DNA from: Candidatus Methanophagales archaeon | GTDB lineage: Archaea; Halobacteriota; Syntropharchaeia; Alkanophagales; Methanospirareceae | Assembly: GCA_030602585.1 (NCBI GenBank) | Contig: JAUVZJ010000003.1 | Coordinates: 5,047 to 69,046 of the forward strand | Direction: 5' to 3' | Length of the DNA: 64,000 nucleotides | Part shown: positions 61,063 to 64,000 of the stretch, piece after piece | Numbering within the stretch: the first letter of the stretch is position 1 | Layout of the letters: every line of letters starts with the position of its first letter | Position numbers and translations under genes: made by a program | Notes under the pieces: generated by a model | What the model was told of the DNA's origin: nothing | The model's input: only the letters and a program-made list of their open reading frames with translations | The model's database searches: none

Positions 61063-61707
61063 ATGAGGGTTCTAATTGTCTATTATTCCACGTATGGGCA
61101 TGTTCACCGTATGGCAGAGGCTGTTGCGGAAGGCGCTAATGAAGTGGAGGGTATGGAGGTAGAACTCCGCCGCGTTCCAGAGACGTTATCGCCAGAGGTG
61201 CTCGATAAAATGGGTGCAGTCGAAGCACAGAAAGCATTTGCTCATGTCCCGATATGTAGCTTGGGAGAGTTAGCAGCCGCCGACGCGGTTATCTTTGGCA
61301 CGCCGACGCGGTTTGGGAATATGTGCGGACAGATGCGCCAGTTCCTTGATGCTACCGGTCGGATTTGGAAAGAGGGGGCACTCGTCGGCAAGGTAGGAAG
61401 TGTATTTACGAGTTCTGCTACACAGCATGGGGGTCAGGAATCTACCATTCTTAGTTTTCACATTACGCTTCTCCATCATGGGATGATAATTGCGGGCTTA
61501 CCATATACCTTTGAAGGTCAGGAGCGTATTGATGAAGTTATCGGTGGGTCTCCCTACGGCGCGTCAACGATTGCTGGTAACACTGGAGAGCGCATGCCGA
61601 GCGAGAATGAGTTAGCCGCGGCACGGTTTCAGGGGAAATATGTCGCAATGATAGCTTCCAGGCTTGCAAAATATCGGAAAGAGATAATCGATGCTATTTG
61701 TGAGTGA
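61063..61707 (+). CDS. wrbA: NAD(P)H:quinone oxidoreductase WrbA
   Basis: [31 protein letters not shown]. Confidence 0.95.
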   Translation: MRVLIVYYSTYGHVHRMAEAVAEGANEVEGMEVELRRVPETLSPEVLDKMGAVEAQKAFAHVPICSLGELAAADAVIFGTPTRFGNMCGQMRQFLDATGRIWKEGALVGKVGSVFTSSATQHGGQESTILSFHITLLHHGMIIAGLPYTFEGQERIDEVIGGSPYGASTIAGNTGERMPSENELAAARFQGKYVAMIASRLAKYRKEIIDAICE

Positions 61708-61797
61708 GTAAGCCCTGAACCATCTTTGAGGCTTCACATGATAATGTGTTTGCAATTCCCTTCGCAGGAAGGAATGAAATGAGAGGAGTGATATGAA

Positions 61798-62208
61798 ATG
61801 GAAGTCCCTGCTCTTTGGCCATACCATGCTGTTCTAATGATAACGGGATTCTTATTACTCTCCACAGGTATGCTTATCGCAAGGTACATGAAAAGAGAAC
61901 AATGGTGGCTGAAGGTACATGAAACGATAGCGATATCGGGCGCAATAATTGTCATATCAGGACTTTTAATGGCAATCTACATGGTCTCTTCGTCCACCGG
62001 TATCCATTTCAGAGTACCTCATACTTATCTGGGCGCGATTGTAATTATCTTTGTTGCTATGACCCCTATACTGGGATATGCACAGTTAAAGTCCGAAAGT
62101 ATAGGGATGAAAATACGCACTATCCATCGCTGGTCTGGCCGTATTGCTCTGGTTTTGATATTCCTCAATATGCTATCCGGGATTTTGCTGGTGGGTATAA
62201 TAGGATAG
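61798..62208 (+). CDS. Cytochrome b561-like 4-TM protein
   Basis: One His per helix (YH, VH, PH, IHRW.GR). Confidence 0.6.
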   Translation: MEVPALWPYHAVLMITGFLLLSTGMLIARYMKREQWWLKVHETIAISGAIIVISGLLMAIYMVSSSTGIHFRVPHTYLGAIVIIFVAMTPILGYAQLKSESIGMKIRTIHRWSGRIALVLIFLNMLSGILLVGIIG

Positions 62209-62386
62209 GTAAGTAAGAACCCGGAAGCATTATCACAATCGGTGGCGGATATATCGCACCGGAATACGGATCTACGGGAGAATACGGGGTACAAACCAAA
62301 GGCTTTCTCGAAGCTTAGTGAAGTGGTAGTTAGAGAAACACAGTACTAAGATAAAAGGTTTTTAACGTTATACGCCCATACTTATT

Positions 62387-63142
62387 ATGTGTATGAACAA
62401 GAAAATAGGCTTCGCTGCGGGTATTCTGCTTGGAGTAATTGCCGTAATAGTTTTAGCTATGTTCTTTACTCCATCGCTCTCAGAGCAGCAGGCGTTTAAC
62501 AAAACAATAGAGGTAAGCGGGAGTGGCGTTGTTAAAATTACTCCGGACGAGGCACACGTAATGATTGCAGTAGTGAGCGAAGCGTTAACGGCTAAAGATG
62601 CCGCCGCGATGAATTCGGAAAACATGACGAACGTTTTCGATGAACTGGAAAAGGCGGGAATGGCAGATGTGAAAACACGGCAATATTCAATAACTCCTAT
62701 CTACAAGTGGGTTGAAGAGGAAACGCTGAAAGGGAAAGAGCAAAAAACTGTAATTGTTGGATACCGCGCAACGAACTTGATCGAAGTGGTATGCAAGCCA
62801 GAAGATGCGGGGAAGGCAATAGATGCTGCGGTAATGGGTGGTGCGAATAGAATTGATTCAATCACGTTCCAGCTTTCTGATTCGTTAAGGGAGAACGCAT
62901 ACAGCGATGCGTTAAGCAAGGCGGTTAAAAATGCCCGGAGCAAAGCAGACGTTGTGGCTGGAGAATTGGGGATAGTGAGTATATATCCCGTAAAGATTTC
63001 TGTGACGGATTACTACCCACCAATCGTTCGCATTCCAATGGCTGTTGAGGCCCTCCCTATCCCAACACCTGCCCCTACACCCATAACACCTTCAGAGGTT
63101 GAGGTTAGCGCCAGCGTTAGAATCGTTTATGCATTTCAGTAA
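62387..63142 (+). CDS. SIMPL (DUF541) domain protein
   Basis: VSGSG.V..TPDEA, GYRATN, A..GAN.I..I.F. Confidence 0.9.
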   Translation: MCMNKKIGFAAGILLGVIAVIVLAMFFTPSLSEQQAFNKTIEVSGSGVVKITPDEAHVMIAVVSEALTAKDAAAMNSENMTNVFDELEKAGMADVKTRQYSITPIYKWVEEETLKGKEQKTVIVGYRATNLIEVVCKPEDAGKAIDAAVMGGANRIDSITFQLSDSLRENAYSDALSKAVKNARSKADVVAGELGIVSIYPVKISVTDYYPPIVRIPMAVEALPIPTPAPTPITPSEVEVSASVRIVYAFQ

Positions 63143-63245
63143 TAAGCGATGACGGCGAGAGGGTCTGCAAATTTTTGGCTGTTCATTATAAAGATTGCAA
63201 TATGCAGTGGCTTCAAGAACGTCACCATCAACAGAGGTAACATCC

Positions 63246-63833
63246 TCACTCTTCGTGTATCTCTCGACTCTGGATGTAAGCGCCGTGCCAATTGTGGTAC
63301 CAAACAGTGCCATCGTAGCCGTGGACGCTGAGCATACCGTGTATCGCTCCGTCTTTTGTGACGTGAATCGTATAGTATCCATAGAAGGGATGTGGATCTT
63401 CTGCAACGGTCCCGGGTAAATACCTGTCAAGAAATTCCTGCGCTATTGATACAGCTTCATCCTGGTTGATGGACATCTCGCCCGATGGAACCTGGCGCCA
63501 ACCCCCCATCATTCCTGCATGACCATATTTCGTGTTCCACATCATATTCGGTCCATATTCAGGAAAGATTCGTCCTGTATCTTTGTCAATGAGCATCTCG
63601 AATGCTCCAATCCCTGTTGATTTTTCATAGTAAATCACATAGAAATTCTGCTCGAACTCCATAATCTCATCAATAGCAAGGTCAGAGCTGTCCAACGATG
63701 CCAAATACCCCTCAGCGATGTTTAAGGCAAGGTCAATGCTGGTTGTTCTTAGCTGGGAGACGCCAAACATCAATAGGCCTATTACGCTGACCGAAACCAG
63801 AACAATCCCTAAAGCCAACCTTTTCCTGTTCAT
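63246..63833 (-). CDS. Membrane-anchored PepSY-like hypothetical protein
   Basis: N-terminal TM; EYGPNMMWNTKYGH; VHGYDG.VWYHNWHG. Confidence 0.6.
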   Translation of the reverse strand: MNRKRLALGIVLVSVSVIGLLMFGVSQLRTTSIDLALNIAEGYLASLDSSDLAIDEIMEFEQNFYVIYYEKSTGIGAFEMLIDKDTGRIFPEYGPNMMWNTKYGHAGMMGGWRQVPSGEMSINQDEAVSIAQEFLDRYLPGTVAEDPHPFYGYYTIHVTKDGAIHGMLSVHGYDGTVWYHNWHGAYIQSREIHEE

Positions 63834-64000
63834 GATTCCAACTCCTCTTTCATCTTCAAGTATTCTTCCCTTGTGATTTCACCGCTTGCATATCTTTCTT
63901 TGAGTATCTCGAGAGTTCTTTCGCTATGGCTTGGTACCGCTCTCTCTGTTCTCGTAAATTCTTTAAGGAGGTAATAAACTCCGAGCACGAGCAGCACCAG
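63830..64000 (-). CDS. SHOCT-domain membrane protein (partial; 5' end outside window)
   Basis: LEILKERYASGEITREEY; stop overlaps next ATG. Confidence 0.8.
   Translation of the reverse strand: MVLLVLGVYYLLKEFTRTERAVPSHSERTLEILKERYASGEITREEYLKMKEELES

Overview
Archaeal chromosomal window. Archaeal ValRS/MetRS/ArgRS, Pth2, Dph5, Sec61beta, PGF-CTERM and GGAGGTGA-type RBS point to a Halobacteriota/Methanomicrobia-type anaerobe; ANME-1/Methanophagales is my inference, not shown by the sequence. 1-28 kb: mostly housekeeping genes, tRNA-Leu(TAG), an exosortase+EpsI locus with two VPEL-CTERM substrates, and toxin-antitoxin (TA) pairs wedged between core genes. 28.6-50.1 kb: a type IV pilus locus (ATPase, two TadC-like proteins, pilins) whose ~16-kb core is a tandem array of four 707-748 aa class-III-signal pilin/adhesin genes with conserved ends and variable polyglycine middles. 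They alternate with VapBC-type TA cassettes and a 5x7-mer repeat block; most DUF104-partnered toxins are broken. This is the best candidate for an undescribed system. The window also has several non-autonomous repeat families: a 166-bp MITE (x3), a 568-bp IS903-like element nested in one copy, REP-like hairpins, and composite AT/GC repeats, two of them translated in frame (in metG and in a pilin leader). 50.7-64 kb: MTA/SAH deaminase, gene fragments, tusA-dsrE-iscS(K->D)-iscU, an MNT-HEPN pair flanked by an iscU duplication, a CopA with a ~100-aa thioredoxin-like insert, mntP, sod-wrbA. No CRISPR array, rRNA, integrase, transposase or reverse transcriptase seen. All alignments were done by eye.
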